Part shown: piece after piece, positions 30,954 to 40,540 of the stretch
How positions within the stretch are numbered: the first letter of the stretch is position 1
How the letters are laid out: every line of letters begins with the position of its first letter
DNA from: an uncultured Verrucomicrobiae bacterium
Lineage (GTDB): Bacteria; Verrucomicrobiota; Verrucomicrobiia; Chthoniobacterales; JAFAMB01
Direction: 5' to 3'
DNA length: 64,000 bases
Assembly: GCA_963837955.1 (NCBI GenBank)
Contig: CAWIPH010000002.1
Span: forward strand, 1,952,001 to 2,016,000
Made by a program: the position numbers and the translations under genes
Notes under the pieces: generated by a model
Database searches by the model: none
The model's input: the letters and a program-made list of their open reading frames with translations, nothing else
Told to the model about the DNA's origin: nothing

Positions 30954-31274
30954 AAGAACTAAGAAACTTCAAAAGAGCGTGAGTCGCAAAGGCAATTTGT
31001 AAGTCCTGAAGCCACAGTGATTAGTGATAAGCGATACTAGCAAACTTGGCTTGCTTGGTTTGGGGCAGGAAAAACGAGACAAAGTCCTTGTTGCGGGCTG
31101 TTGATCCGTTCCCGGCGTTCTCGGCGATGACGGCGTTCCCGGCGGTATCGCAAGGCTTTGGGGAGAAACCACAAACGGCTCAAGCCGATCCGGCGCCTGC
31201 CGGATCAGGCTTTCGCCCTACCAAAGGACGCGAACACCCCTGGCCTTCTCAGCTCGAACGGGAGCTCAACTGAG

Positions 31275-31649
31275 CTAGGCGAATTCCCTCTTAAGCAACG
31301 CTTCAGGCAATTTAGGCCAGGTGGATCGCTGGCACTCCCCCAAGAGATGCTCGTGATCCACTTGATCTCGATAAAGTCGCAACGTTGCTCCCGCGCTCGT
31401 GACGAAATAATGTTTGCGCGACGGGGAGGCCAACCGAAGAAGCACGGAGTAATTCGGGCTCGCTTTCCAGACGACGTGATCGAGTCGAAAATCAAAAAGC
31501 TGCATAAACTCCACCACTTTAATGGCTTCAGCGTGCCACTCTTTAAATATGCTGAGGCCAAGAAAACTCTCGGCACGCACGGTCCGAATAGTTGCTGAGC
31601 TGGGCCGCAACAGATCACGGATTTCTTCGTCAACTTCCATATGAGGCAC
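31275..31649 (-). CDS. Hypothetical protein
   Basis: 124-aa ORF with protein-like composition next to the tRNA-island scar. No recognised domain. Confidence 0.45.
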   Translation of the reverse strand: MPHMEVDEEIRDLLRPSSATIRTVRAESFLGLSIFKEWHAEAIKVVEFMQLFDFRLDHVVWKASPNYSVLLRLASPSRKHYFVTSAGATLRLYRDQVDHEHLLGECQRSTWPKLPEALLKREFA

Positions 31650-31744
31650 AACTGAACATTAGAGTAACGGTTATCTCGCGGCCGCGATGAGCTTCTTACT
31701 TATTCGACTTTCCCTTTGTTCTTCACAAGTAGCTCGTAATCAAA

Positions 31745-31774
31745 TAATTGGGGTAAGGGAATTCGAACCCCTGG
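31745..31774 (-). mobile_element. Degenerate duplicate of the tRNA-Ala 3' end (att site)
   Basis: TAATTGG-GGTAAGGGAATTCGAACCCCTGG versus TAATTGGAGGTAAGGGGATTCGAACCCCTGG at 32077-32107. Confidence 0.85.
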
Positions 31775-31858
31775 AGGATCTTGAGCCTATAGCGTAACTC
31801 CCTGTTTACGAGAGAGATATACCGTCTGTTATCCCTGCACACGTTTAAATGTGGAGAC

Positions 31859-32071
31859 CATGATGGTAGAAAATTGAGTGTCCACTATACGACTAAGACG
31901 TTCTTCACCTCCTGGATTGCGACAAAAAAGCTGACTGCGGGCCATAAGACCTACGTTTGATACTCGGGCATCGTAAAAGAGTTCTTGCGCTGGCTCGGCT
32001 CAGCCGGTGACAATGTCTTGCCGCACTTGAGTTCAAGTACGATCGCGAAGTTCCGCGATTACCGCTTGTTA
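31859..32071 (+). pseudogene. Tyrosine integrase N-terminal (SAM-like) domain fragment
   Basis: Manual translation HYTTKTFFTSWIATKKLTAGHKTYV*YSGIVKEFLRWLGSAGDNVLPHLSSSTIAKFRDYRL, with in-frame TGA at 31958-31960. Lies between the att duplicate and the tRNA. Confidence 0.65.
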
Positions 32072-32080
32072 CCAACTAAT

Positions 32081-32153
32081 TGGAGGTAAGGGGATTCGAA
32101 CCCCTGGCCTTCTCATTGCGAACGAGACGCTCTACCAACTGAGCTATACCCCC
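32081..32153 (-). tRNA. tRNA-Ala (anticodon CGC), CCA not encoded
   Basis: GGGGGTATAGCTCAGTTGGTAGAGCGTCTCGTTCGCAATGAGAAGGCCAGGGGTTCGAATCCCCTTACCTCCA folds as a cloverleaf with the G3:U70 Ala identity pair. Confidence 0.95.
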
Positions 32154-32287
32154 ATTTGGGAAAGGGTGGATAGTTACAATCGAAGGAGCTGATTCGCAAG
32201 TTGGTTTTCCAGCCTGGGACGCTCCAATCGGGGTCGAGGATCAAGACGAAAGCCCATAGTTTGTGTAAATCTCGTGGCTTCTATCCT

Positions 32288-33385
32288 TTAGAGGTTTCCG
32301 CGGCGAGCTTGTTCGCGCTCGAGGGCCTCGAATAATGCTTTGAAGTTGCCGACACCAAATCCCTGACTGCCGTGACGCCGGATCACTTCGTAAAAGACCG
32401 TCGGACGATCCTGGATCGGTTGGCTGAAAATCTGGAGTAAGTAACCTTCGTCGTCGCGGTCCACCAAAATACCCCGCTTCGCCAGTTCGCCAATATCCTC
32501 GTCGATCGGACCAACTCTGGCCGGCAACTCTTCGTAATAGGCGGGGGGAATACGCAGAAAATCGACGCCGGACGCGGTCAATGCGTCGACGGTCGCGATT
32601 ATATCTTTGGTCGCGAGAGCAATGTGCTGCACTCCAGGTCCGCCGTAGTGGATGAGGTATTCTTCGATCTGGCTGCGTCGTTTTCCTTCGGCCGGTTCGT
32701 TGATCGGAAATTTGATTCGGCCAGAGCCGTTCTGCATGACCTTGCTCATCAAGGCGGAATAATCAGTACTGATATCGCTGTCTTTGAAATGAGTCAGCTG
32801 AGTAAAGCCCATTACGTCACGATAAAATCCGACCCACTCGTTCATTTTTCCGAGCTCGACATTACCGACGATATGATCGATGGCCGCTATCCCGGTGTCG
32901 GTAACGGACGGCGGATTTTCAATCTTCTTAAAGCCCGGTAAAATACCGCGGTAGTTGTCCCGTTCGATGAAGCTGTGAACCGTGTCGCCGTAGGTAGCGA
33001 TCGTTGCGCGAACAAAGCGCCCAAAACCATCTTCAAATTCTTGTGGTTCTTGGATCGCTTTGCCGCCGCGTTTAACCGCTTCGTTAAATGCCGCCCGGGC
33101 ATCGTGGACGCGTAGGGCGATGTCACGGACGCCATCGCCGTGGGCTGCGATATGACGGGAGATTTCCGGTGCAGAATCTGGAGCTAAACAGGAGGTGAGA
33201 AGAAAATGCACCTGGCCGCGTCCGACCAGCCAAGAGGCTCGATCGCGTACACCAGTTTCGAGTCCGGAATAGGCGATGGGAACGAGACCGAGAGCGGTCC
33301 GATAGAAATGGGCTGCTTGCCGAGCGTTTGATACATAAAACTCGACGTAATCGATGCCTTGGAATTCGAGAGGGTCAGAACTCAT
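32288..33385 (-). CDS. hppD: 4-hydroxyphenylpyruvate dioxygenase
   Basis: HGDGVRDIA, IDHIVGNV, KFPINEP, SQIEEY, GVQHIAL, YLLQIF and GFGVGNFKALFEALE. Confidence 0.96.
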   Translation of the reverse strand: MSSDPLEFQGIDYVEFYVSNARQAAHFYRTALGLVPIAYSGLETGVRDRASWLVGRGQVHFLLTSCLAPDSAPEISRHIAAHGDGVRDIALRVHDARAAFNEAVKRGGKAIQEPQEFEDGFGRFVRATIATYGDTVHSFIERDNYRGILPGFKKIENPPSVTDTGIAAIDHIVGNVELGKMNEWVGFYRDVMGFTQLTHFKDSDISTDYSALMSKVMQNGSGRIKFPINEPAEGKRRSQIEEYLIHYGGPGVQHIALATKDIIATVDALTASGVDFLRIPPAYYEELPARVGPIDEDIGELAKRGILVDRDDEGYLLQIFSQPIQDRPTVFYEVIRRHGSQGFGVGNFKALFEALEREQARRGNL

Positions 33386-33580
33386 ATTGATGGGGGGAGG
33401 GTTGCTGGTCCGCGGCCGCGGGATCGAGCCGGGGAAGGCTTCAATTAAAAGATTAAAGATACAGTCCGACCGGCTTCCGAGGCAAACTAAAAGGGGAGGT
33501 TAAAACATTGATCATTCATTCCGATAATTGGAATGCTGTTCCGAAATATGAAGAATTCGCGCGTGGCAAACTCCCAGACC

Positions 33581-33761
33581 GGTAGGGCGAAAACCTCGGC
33601 GCGCCGGGAACGTTTCGATTTCTTTTGTGCGGGTCGCGCCGGGTTTGAGCCGCCCCTTGCATCAATCTGTGTTGCGTTTTTTTCCCTCGCGTTCCTCAGT
33701 CGGACGGGCACGAACGGCTCAAGCCGGTACGGCTGAGACCGTACCAAGCTTTCGCCCTACC
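33581..33761. mobile_element. Non-autonomous element made of the two ends of the RAYT locus (family C)
   Basis: Left part GGTAGGGCGAAAACCTCGGCGCGC...CGCGCCGGGTTTGAGCCGC matches the reverse complement of 41139-41213. Right part AACGGCTCAAGCCGGTACGGCTGAGACCG...GCTTTCGCCCTACC matches the reverse complement of 40541-40590. Confidence 0.85.
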
Positions 33762-33836
33762 AATCGGGGTTAGAACGGACGCACAGGAGCGCGTCCCTAC
33801 CGACGATGAGGCGTGGTCAACGCACTGATCGCCCCC

Positions 33837-34595
33837 CTACCGAACAAGCCCTCCCGAAGCTTTCTTAAGCGTCGTAATGATCTTGAGCGCTTTCATCCGA
33901 TCCGTTCTCAGCTCGGGAGCGACCGCGACTAACACTAACGGCGCGCGGCGATGCAGTGTATCTTTCCAGCTCACTGGTACTGCCATTCCGACAAGCTCTT
34001 CGGTGTATTCGCCGTGTTCGATCATGTGCCCGTCCTGGCGCACTTGCTGAAGGCGCCGCAGCAATTTCGCTCGATCGACGATCGTCCGCGAAGTGTATTT
34101 GGGTAGTTTCTTTGGCAAATAACCTGGCCAGCTTTCCACCGGAAGATTTGCCAATAAGGTAAGGCCGGTCGCTCCAAACAGTAATTCACGACGGAAACCA
34201 GCCCGCGCAGCTACCCGCAGCGCGCGCTTCGGCTCAGCGACCGCCAAGTAGAGTAACTCTTTTCCTTCGACGGTTGCAGCCAGCACCGTCTCTCCCAATT
34301 TTTCCGCCAATGATTCAACCGTGTGATTGAGCTCCTCGCCAAAAGAAAGTCCTTCCCGGGCAATCATGCCCAGCTCGAAGAGCCGCAAGCTGGGCCGGTA
34401 ACCATCAGCCGAGCCCGACAACAAATCACATTCCGTCGCGACCTTGAGAACCCGGAAGACAGACGTCTTTGGAAGTTTGGAAAGGCGGGTCAAGTCGGCG
34501 AGGGAGCGGACCGGATGGTCCAGGTCAAATTGCTCGAGAACTCGGCTGAGTTTCTTAAGCGTGCCGGTTGCATCTGATTCCCGTTTTTTCGGCAT
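33837..34595 (-). CDS. IclR-family transcriptional regulator
   Basis: N-terminal HTH (SLADLTRLSKLPKTSVFRVL), LGETV, LPKYTSRTI and GE...ELVGMAVPV. Confidence 0.88.
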   Translation of the reverse strand: MPKKRESDATGTLKKLSRVLEQFDLDHPVRSLADLTRLSKLPKTSVFRVLKVATECDLLSGSADGYRPSLRLFELGMIAREGLSFGEELNHTVESLAEKLGETVLAATVEGKELLYLAVAEPKRALRVAARAGFRRELLFGATGLTLLANLPVESWPGYLPKKLPKYTSRTIVDRAKLLRRLQQVRQDGHMIEHGEYTEELVGMAVPVSWKDTLHRRAPLVLVAVAPELRTDRMKALKIITTLKKASGGLVR

Positions 34596-34730
34596 AAGGC
34601 TCGGTCCGACAGGCCGCCTCGCTATCGCCTGTGCGCGTCAAAATGAGGCTTAGAACCATGCGCAGAAGACTTTCCCAGCTTGTCCGCCGGAGGCCGCCCC
34701 ATAGCAAAGCGACGGCGTGGCGAAGGAGGA

Positions 34731-34948
34731 AGGGACTCAATGAAAGTAGCCCAGTACGAAGTGCTGGGAAATAATGCAAAAAGAGACGTCCGTCCCGGAG
34801 GGACGATCGAAGTGTTTTGGCTCCTGATCTTCTCGTATGCGGCTTCACCAGCGTAAGCAACCCTCGATCGTCCCATCCGGGACGGGTCGCTTTTTTGACG
34901 CCACCCAGCACTTCGTACTGGGCTACTTTCATCGGGTCCTTCAGGGAC
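34731..34948. repeat. REPIN-like element (family A)
   Basis: GGGACTCAATGAAAGTAGCCCAGTACGAAGTGCTGGG ... CCCAGCACTTCGTACTGGGCTACTTTCATCGGGTCC. Confidence 0.88.
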
Positions 34949-35024
34949 CAATGCTCTTGGCCCCCTGTCCGTTCTGTACGACCGATGGATATTTCGCCCC
35001 CTTTTCGCCAGGCACATTCGCAGG

Positions 35025-36188
35025 CTAGACGTTTGCCGGTTGGGGAGTTTCGATCGGGTAGTACCAGGAGGTTGAGTAGGCTTCGACCGCTCCCTTGAGC
35101 CCGTCAGGAGTGATGAACAACGGTTCAACAGTATCAAGAGCGACCGCGTATTCATTCGTCTGTTTGGTCAAGCCTTTGCGATCCCGCTCCCAGGCTTGGG
35201 GGTGTGGACCGTGATCGATACCCATCGGATGCAGCGTAAGCATTCCGGGCTCAATTCCGCCGCGGGAGAAGAAAGTTCCGTCGTGATAGAAGATCACTTC
35301 ATCGCAATCGATGTTCCGGTGATAATAGGGTAGGCGCAAAACCTCATCGTCTCCAAGGAATCGCGGAGCAAATGTCCCTACGAAGACTTCGTCACTGGAG
35401 AAAGTTGCGCCCGCCGTGGGCGGAACATGATAACGCATGCTGGCTACCGGACGGAAATCGCGAACGTTAAGTTTACTTGGGAGAACGGTTCCCTTGTAGC
35501 CAACGACGTTTTCGATCGGATTGAAGTCAAAGAAAAGCCGAGTACGAAAACCGGTGCGCTTGATTTGCAGTTCAAACTCTTTGCCCTCTAGATCCGATCG
35601 TTTTTGATCGAAATCAGGATACTGGATCACGCCAGGATCAAAGAGGGCGTGCATCCCAAGAATTCCGCGATCAGGAATACCGTATGGAGTGCGGGATTCC
35701 GCGACGAAGGCCAACGTGTCATCGGAGTGCGGCACTAGGCGATAGACGCATCCCTTTGGAATAACGATATAATCGCCTGGCCGGTAAGGTAGGAGCCCGA
35801 ACTCGGTCTCGAAAACGCCTTCGCCGCGATGAAAGAAGTAGAGTTCATCGCCATCAACAGTCTTGTAGAGATAAGGCATCGGCTGGCGCCGGCGGGACAG
35901 AAAGATGGACATCGATTTTTTGGCACATGCAGCCATCGATTGCATTAACAACATTGGAGTACCGCGTGCGTCCAAGCTGTCTTCGGTCTCCAACTTCCGG
36001 CAATCCAACGCCATAGGTTTGAGAGGCCCCTCGATTCGCTTCCAAGCAGACGGCATCTCCCGCGTGTAGAGATGCGTCGCTTCGCCGAAAAATCCCTGGC
36101 GACCGTACTCCATCTCGTAGGTCCCCTCCGGGACTCGCACGTGGGCTTGGTTTGGGTAAACACCATTTTTCAGGGGGAACCTTTGCAT
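35025..36188 (-). CDS. hmgA: Homogentisate 1,2-dioxygenase
   Basis: GRQGFFG, DGDELYFFH.G, YHVPPT, PYYHRNIDCDEVIFY and TLHPMGIDHGPHP. Clustered with hppD. Start MQRFP at 36188. Confidence 0.9.
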   Translation of the reverse strand: MQRFPLKNGVYPNQAHVRVPEGTYEMEYGRQGFFGEATHLYTREMPSAWKRIEGPLKPMALDCRKLETEDSLDARGTPMLLMQSMAACAKKSMSIFLSRRRQPMPYLYKTVDGDELYFFHRGEGVFETEFGLLPYRPGDYIVIPKGCVYRLVPHSDDTLAFVAESRTPYGIPDRGILGMHALFDPGVIQYPDFDQKRSDLEGKEFELQIKRTGFRTRLFFDFNPIENVVGYKGTVLPSKLNVRDFRPVASMRYHVPPTAGATFSSDEVFVGTFAPRFLGDDEVLRLPYYHRNIDCDEVIFYHDGTFFSRGGIEPGMLTLHPMGIDHGPHPQAWERDRKGLTKQTNEYAVALDTVEPLFITPDGLKGAVEAYSTSWYYPIETPQPANV

Positions 36189-36352
36189 AGATAATTCCGG
36201 TTGATTTGGACTATTCCAACTAATAGCACACGATTCCGCCTGACGGAACAAAAGAACGGAGCGGATTTATGGTACCAGCGGCCGTCCGGGCCCGATCTTA
36301 GGCCCTTTCAGGGCAGATCGTTTTATTGGAAGTTATCCCGGGTTAAAACCAG

Positions 36353-36403
36353 GGAGGGATCGCGTCCTCGCGATCCGCGGCGCACGAGGACGTGCGCCCT
36401 CCC
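36353..36403. repeat. Compact REP doublet (family D), identical copy at 50047-50097
   Basis: GGAGGGATCGCGTCCTCGCGATCCGCGGCGCACGAGGACGTGCGCCCTCCC at both loci. Confidence 0.9.
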
Positions 36404-36494
36404 CGCCGAGAATTCCGTTTGGGTACACCGGGTTTGAATCGCGTGTTATCGAAGCAAAACAGATCATGCTAATACTTGGTCGCACCAGACCGTT

Positions 36495-37406
36495 ATGACG
36501 GCGCTCATAATAGCCCCAACTAATCTTGGCCTGAGACCAACACCCGCCGGTGGAGAGCCCGGATGTTGGGCGGCACCCGCTGTTCTTGAATCGGCCGGCT
36601 TCGCTCAGCAGCTCCAAATCGCCAAACGTATAGCACTCGCGCGCCCAAAGTATTCGTTCCAAGCGGAGCCAGGCACACGGATACGGAACGGAGGTGCTAT
36701 ACGTCGATTCAATGAAGGACTCGCCGAGCGGGTTGCCAGTACGCTCCAGGCGGGCGATCGGGCTTTGGTTCTCGGCGGCGACTGCAGCTTGTTGCTAGGC
36801 TGCCTCGCCGGGGTGCGCACCTTAGGTTGCTGTGGGCTCGTCCATGTCGACGGACACAGCGATTTTTATCATCCGGGAAACTACGACGCGAATTCCAGAC
36901 TCGGGTCTGCTGCGGGAATGGATTTAGCGTTAGCCACCGGGCGGGGCGAGACGCTATTGACAGTGTACCAAGGACTGGATGGTCCGCTCGTGAACGACGA
37001 ACTAGTGGTCCAAATCGGCGAGCGCGAGAACCGTGACGCAAATTACGCGTTCCCTGACATTTTGAGCACAAACATCGCGCAACACGACATCTTCAGAACG
37101 CTTGACGTCGGTATTGAGGCGGTAGCGCAAGAGACGGTTGCGACGCTAAGCGCCGATCGGATCGATCGCCTATGGTTGCACGTAGACCTGGATGTCCTCG
37201 ACCAGCTGATTATGCCGGCGGTGGACTCCCCGGGTGAGCCTGGACTCAAATTCGACGAGTTGGCGCGGCTCATTGATTCGATTGCAGGATCGGGTCGATT
37301 GGTCGGAGTGGATGTAACGATCTATGATCCGGAGCTTGACCCGGACCGAGTTTTCGGGCCGAAGATTGTCGAATGTTTGGTAGAGGGGCTGCGCGCCTGG
37401 GTCTAG
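36495..37406 (+). CDS. Arginase/ureohydrolase family protein
   Basis: LGGDCS, HVDGHSDF, LHVDLDVLD, PAVDSP..GL and IYDPELD. Confidence 0.88.
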   Translation: MTALIIAPTNLGLRPTPAGGEPGCWAAPAVLESAGFAQQLQIAKRIALARPKYSFQAEPGTRIRNGGAIRRFNEGLAERVASTLQAGDRALVLGGDCSLLLGCLAGVRTLGCCGLVHVDGHSDFYHPGNYDANSRLGSAAGMDLALATGRGETLLTVYQGLDGPLVNDELVVQIGERENRDANYAFPDILSTNIAQHDIFRTLDVGIEAVAQETVATLSADRIDRLWLHVDLDVLDQLIMPAVDSPGEPGLKFDELARLIDSIAGSGRLVGVDVTIYDPELDPDRVFGPKIVECLVEGLRAWV

Positions 37407-37512
37407 TGCCCCTAGAGCACCCGCAACTCGCAGCGCGTGTGTTTTTCAGAGGGGCACCACCGCGTGACGCCATATGAAGAGCCAAGTGCTGTGGGCGCAC
37501 ATCAAGAGATTT

Positions 37513-37733
37513 GTCCCGGATGGACATCGTGAAAGTAGCCCAGCAATTTATTGCTGGGTAGATGGCATAGAGGGGCCGTCCCGTGAGGGACGTTAGAAAC
37601 GTTGAGGTAATGGCGTCCGATGCGAACTTCACGAGCCCAGATGGAATCGATCGTCCCTATCGGGACGGACGCGTCTTAAACACTATCCCAGCACTGAAGT
37701 GCTGGGCTACTTTCACTGCGTCCCTTCCGGGAC
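37513..37733. repeat. REPIN-like element (family A)
   Basis: GTCCCGGATGGAC..GTGAAAGTAGCCCAGCAATTTATTGCTGGG ... CCCAGCACTGAAGTGCTGGGCTACTTTCACTGCGTCCCTTCCGGGAC. Confidence 0.88.
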
Positions 37734-37909
37734 GGGACCCTCTTTACTTCTATTCCCAGTCCCACGGCTGCGTGCCGCTGTGTGGCTCTCTGCCCCTATT
37801 ACGGTCTCACACTGTGATGCCTTATTGAGGGCAACCGCATTAATCGACTAATCCCGGGTTAACCCTCCAGGCTGACGCAGACGGGCGGACTACCGACCGT
37901 CACCAAACC

Positions 37910-39079
37910 CTAAATATACGTCAACGCTTCTGCTAGATCCGACCTGAGATCCTCGACGTCTTCCACGCCGACAGAGAGCCGAATGAGAGTGTCATCAATC
38001 CCGAGTTGAGTCCGCTGCTCCGCTGGGATTGAGCCGTGGGTCATCAAGGCCGGATGTTCGATGAGGCTTTCAACGCCGCCGAGACTTTCGGCTAGCGCGA
38101 AAAGGTGGGTATTTTCCAGGAACCGGCGGGCGCCCTCTAGATCAGAGTCCAAATAGATCGTGATCATGCCGCCAAAGCCTTTCATCTGCCGTCGAGCTAA
38201 TTCGTGCTGAGGGTGCGAGGCTAGCCCAGGATAGCGCACTTGTCTCACTTTGGGTTGTTTCTCCAACCAAGCCGCGAGCTCGGCCGCGTTCGCGCAGTGT
38301 CGTTCCATGCGGAGGGCCAAGGTTTTCAAGCCGCGCAAAGCAAGGAAGCTATCAAAAGGTCCGGCCACAGCTCCCACCGCGTTTTGGAGAAAGGCCAAGC
38401 GGTCGCTCAAAGCTGCTCTTCCTGGTGCCACTACGACGATGCCGCCTACCATATCGGAATGGCCATTCAGATATTTTGTGGCGGAATGGACAACGATATC
38501 GACACCAAGGTCGATCGGCCGCTGGATCCATGGGCTGGCGAACGTATTGTCGGCTACGGTCACCAAGTTGTTTTCGCGAGAAAATCGAGCAACCGCTTCA
38601 AGATCGATCAACTTCAACAGCGGATTACTCGGCGTCTCGACCCAGGTCATTTTGGTGTTTTTGCGAATCGCTTTCTTCAGCGCCGCCGGATCAGTCATAT
38701 CGATGAAACTGAATTCGAGGTTAGCCGATTTGGAACGAACTCGCTCGAATAGGCGGAAAGTGCCCCCGTACAGATCATCGCTCGCGATTATGTGTGACCC
38801 GGCCTCCAAAGTTTCAAGCACGGTGGCCATCCCAGCGAGTCCCGAAGCAAATGCAAAACCACGTTCGCCATTTTCCAGATCGGCCAGGCAACGCTCGTAC
38901 GCCAGGCGGGTGGGATTGATGCTACGCGCATAATCGTAGCCCTTGTGTTTGCCTGGGCTCTCCTGAACGTAAGTGGACGTCTGATAAATTGGAGTCATGA
39001 TCGCCCCGGTCGACGGATCTGGCTCTTGGCCAGCATGAATGACTCGAGTAGCGAATGCCTTTTTCTGAGGGTTTTTCAT
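37910..39079 (-). CDS. Cystathionine gamma-lyase/synthase family PLP enzyme (likely gamma-lyase)
   Basis: PIYQTSTY, FASGLA, DDLYGGT, ETPSNP, DNTFASP, HSATKYLNGHSD and AESLGGVESL. Overlaps the CBS gene stop. Confidence 0.92.
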   Translation of the reverse strand: MKNPQKKAFATRVIHAGQEPDPSTGAIMTPIYQTSTYVQESPGKHKGYDYARSINPTRLAYERCLADLENGERGFAFASGLAGMATVLETLEAGSHIIASDDLYGGTFRLFERVRSKSANLEFSFIDMTDPAALKKAIRKNTKMTWVETPSNPLLKLIDLEAVARFSRENNLVTVADNTFASPWIQRPIDLGVDIVVHSATKYLNGHSDMVGGIVVVAPGRAALSDRLAFLQNAVGAVAGPFDSFLALRGLKTLALRMERHCANAAELAAWLEKQPKVRQVRYPGLASHPQHELARRQMKGFGGMITIYLDSDLEGARRFLENTHLFALAESLGGVESLIEHPALMTHGSIPAEQRTQLGIDDTLIRLSVGVEDVEDLRSDLAEALTYI

Positions 39080-40473
39080 GAGATGCGACGTCGGAGATAG
39101 TTGAGAAGATCGATGCGGGTGATCAGACCGACGAATTGACCGTCCTTAACCACGATAGCGACTTTTCCGTTATCGAGAATGTTGCGGACGTCATCAAGAG
39201 AATCGGACGGTTCCAACGTTTCCACGCGATTGGTCATCGCGGTTCGGACCTCATCGCGAAAAGTGCCACCACCGTTCTGAACTCGGGTCAGAAGATCAGA
39301 TTCATCCAGGATACCGATTAATTGATCGCCTGCGAGCACCGGTACCTGGGATATATCGGCGATCCGCATGCGGTTGAACGCGGTAAGGAGCGTATCGGTC
39401 GGCCCAACGCTCACTACAGTGCCGTCTTGGTACCGCCGGGAAACCGCGTCTCGAAGATCGCCAAAAGTTTCTCTTTGCAGAAAACCTTGATCGGTCATCC
39501 AGATGTCGTTGAACATCTTGGAGAGGTATTTACTACCGCTGTCGCAAGCAAAAGTGACCACCCGTTTTGGCGAGGACTGTTCTCGGCAGTAGGCAAGTGC
39601 CGCAGCGAACAGCGTACCGGATGACGAGCCGACGAAGACACCTTCTTTTTTAAGAAGTTCCCGAGCGGCATGAAAGCTCTCTTGATCCGAGATGCTGTAC
39701 GCTGTGCGGACCCGGGAAAGGTCGGCAATCGGCGGAATGAAATCTTCGCCGATTCCTTCGACTAACCAGGAACCCGGCTTATTCATAGTGCCCTTTGTGA
39801 CATAGTCCGCCAAGACCGATCCGACAGGATCGGCCAATATGATTTCGCAATCAGGGGCTACTCTCGCGAAAAAACGACTGAGGCCGGTCAGCGTACCGCT
39901 GGATCCCACACCGACGACTACCGCGTCCACGCGCCGTTCCATCTGTTCCCAGATTTCAGGTCCAGTGGTTTCCTCATGAGCCAATGGGTTAGTCTCATTA
40001 GCAAATTGGTTTACATAGAAAGAGTCGGGTGTCTCCTTGGCAATCTGCGCTGCCAGATCCTGGTAATATTCCGGATGCCCTTTTGCGACATCGGATCGGG
40101 TGATCACTGTCTTGGCTCCGAGCGCTCGCAAATGAAGGATCTTTTCCTGGGACATTTTATCCGGGATAACCAGGATCAGGTGGTAGCCTTTGGCGGCCGC
40201 AACCAGCGCCAACCCGAGGCCAGTATTGCCGGCGGTAGCCTCAATGATTGTGCCGCCCGGTTTCAGATCGCCGTGGCGTTCCGCAGCTTCCACCATGGCC
40301 AATGCCATTCGGTCTTTGATCGAACCGGTGGGATTTTGAGTCTCCAGCTTCAGAAACAAGTGGCAAACCCCAACATCAAAACGGGTCACTTCGATCAGCG
40401 GTGTTTTTCCGATCAATGAGAGGATCGCCGGATTCTCGATTTGCGGAGCGAATGAAGGCGGGGCGGAGGCCAT
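39076..40473 (-). CDS. Cystathionine beta-synthase (PLP domain + C-terminal CBS pair)
   Basis: KLETQNPTGSIKDR, EATAGNTG, GVGSSGT, VEGIGEDFIP, DSGSKYLSK and C-terminal CBS domains. Confidence 0.92.
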   Translation of the reverse strand: MASAPPSFAPQIENPAILSLIGKTPLIEVTRFDVGVCHLFLKLETQNPTGSIKDRMALAMVEAAERHGDLKPGGTIIEATAGNTGLGLALVAAAKGYHLILVIPDKMSQEKILHLRALGAKTVITRSDVAKGHPEYYQDLAAQIAKETPDSFYVNQFANETNPLAHEETTGPEIWEQMERRVDAVVVGVGSSGTLTGLSRFFARVAPDCEIILADPVGSVLADYVTKGTMNKPGSWLVEGIGEDFIPPIADLSRVRTAYSISDQESFHAARELLKKEGVFVGSSSGTLFAAALAYCREQSSPKRVVTFACDSGSKYLSKMFNDIWMTDQGFLQRETFGDLRDAVSRRYQDGTVVSVGPTDTLLTAFNRMRIADISQVPVLAGDQLIGILDESDLLTRVQNGGGTFRDEVRTAMTNRVETLEPSDSLDDVRNILDNGKVAIVVKDGQFVGLITRIDLLNYLRRRIS

Positions 40474-40540
40474 GACATTGAATCTCCCGTGGCCCGTTCC
40501 TCCGAGTCAAGTCGATACGCAGGAATTCCGGCGAAAATGA

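Noticed and set aside
31745..31774. Second tRNA gene
   Set aside because: Only the T-arm and acceptor 3' portion is present; treated as an att duplicate.
34555..34932. Look-alike ORFs MKVAQ/KYEVLG... (also 42785-43156, 27322-27609, 37583-37828)
   Set aside because: These are read-throughs of family A palindromic repeats, appear on both strands, and lack a conserved length.
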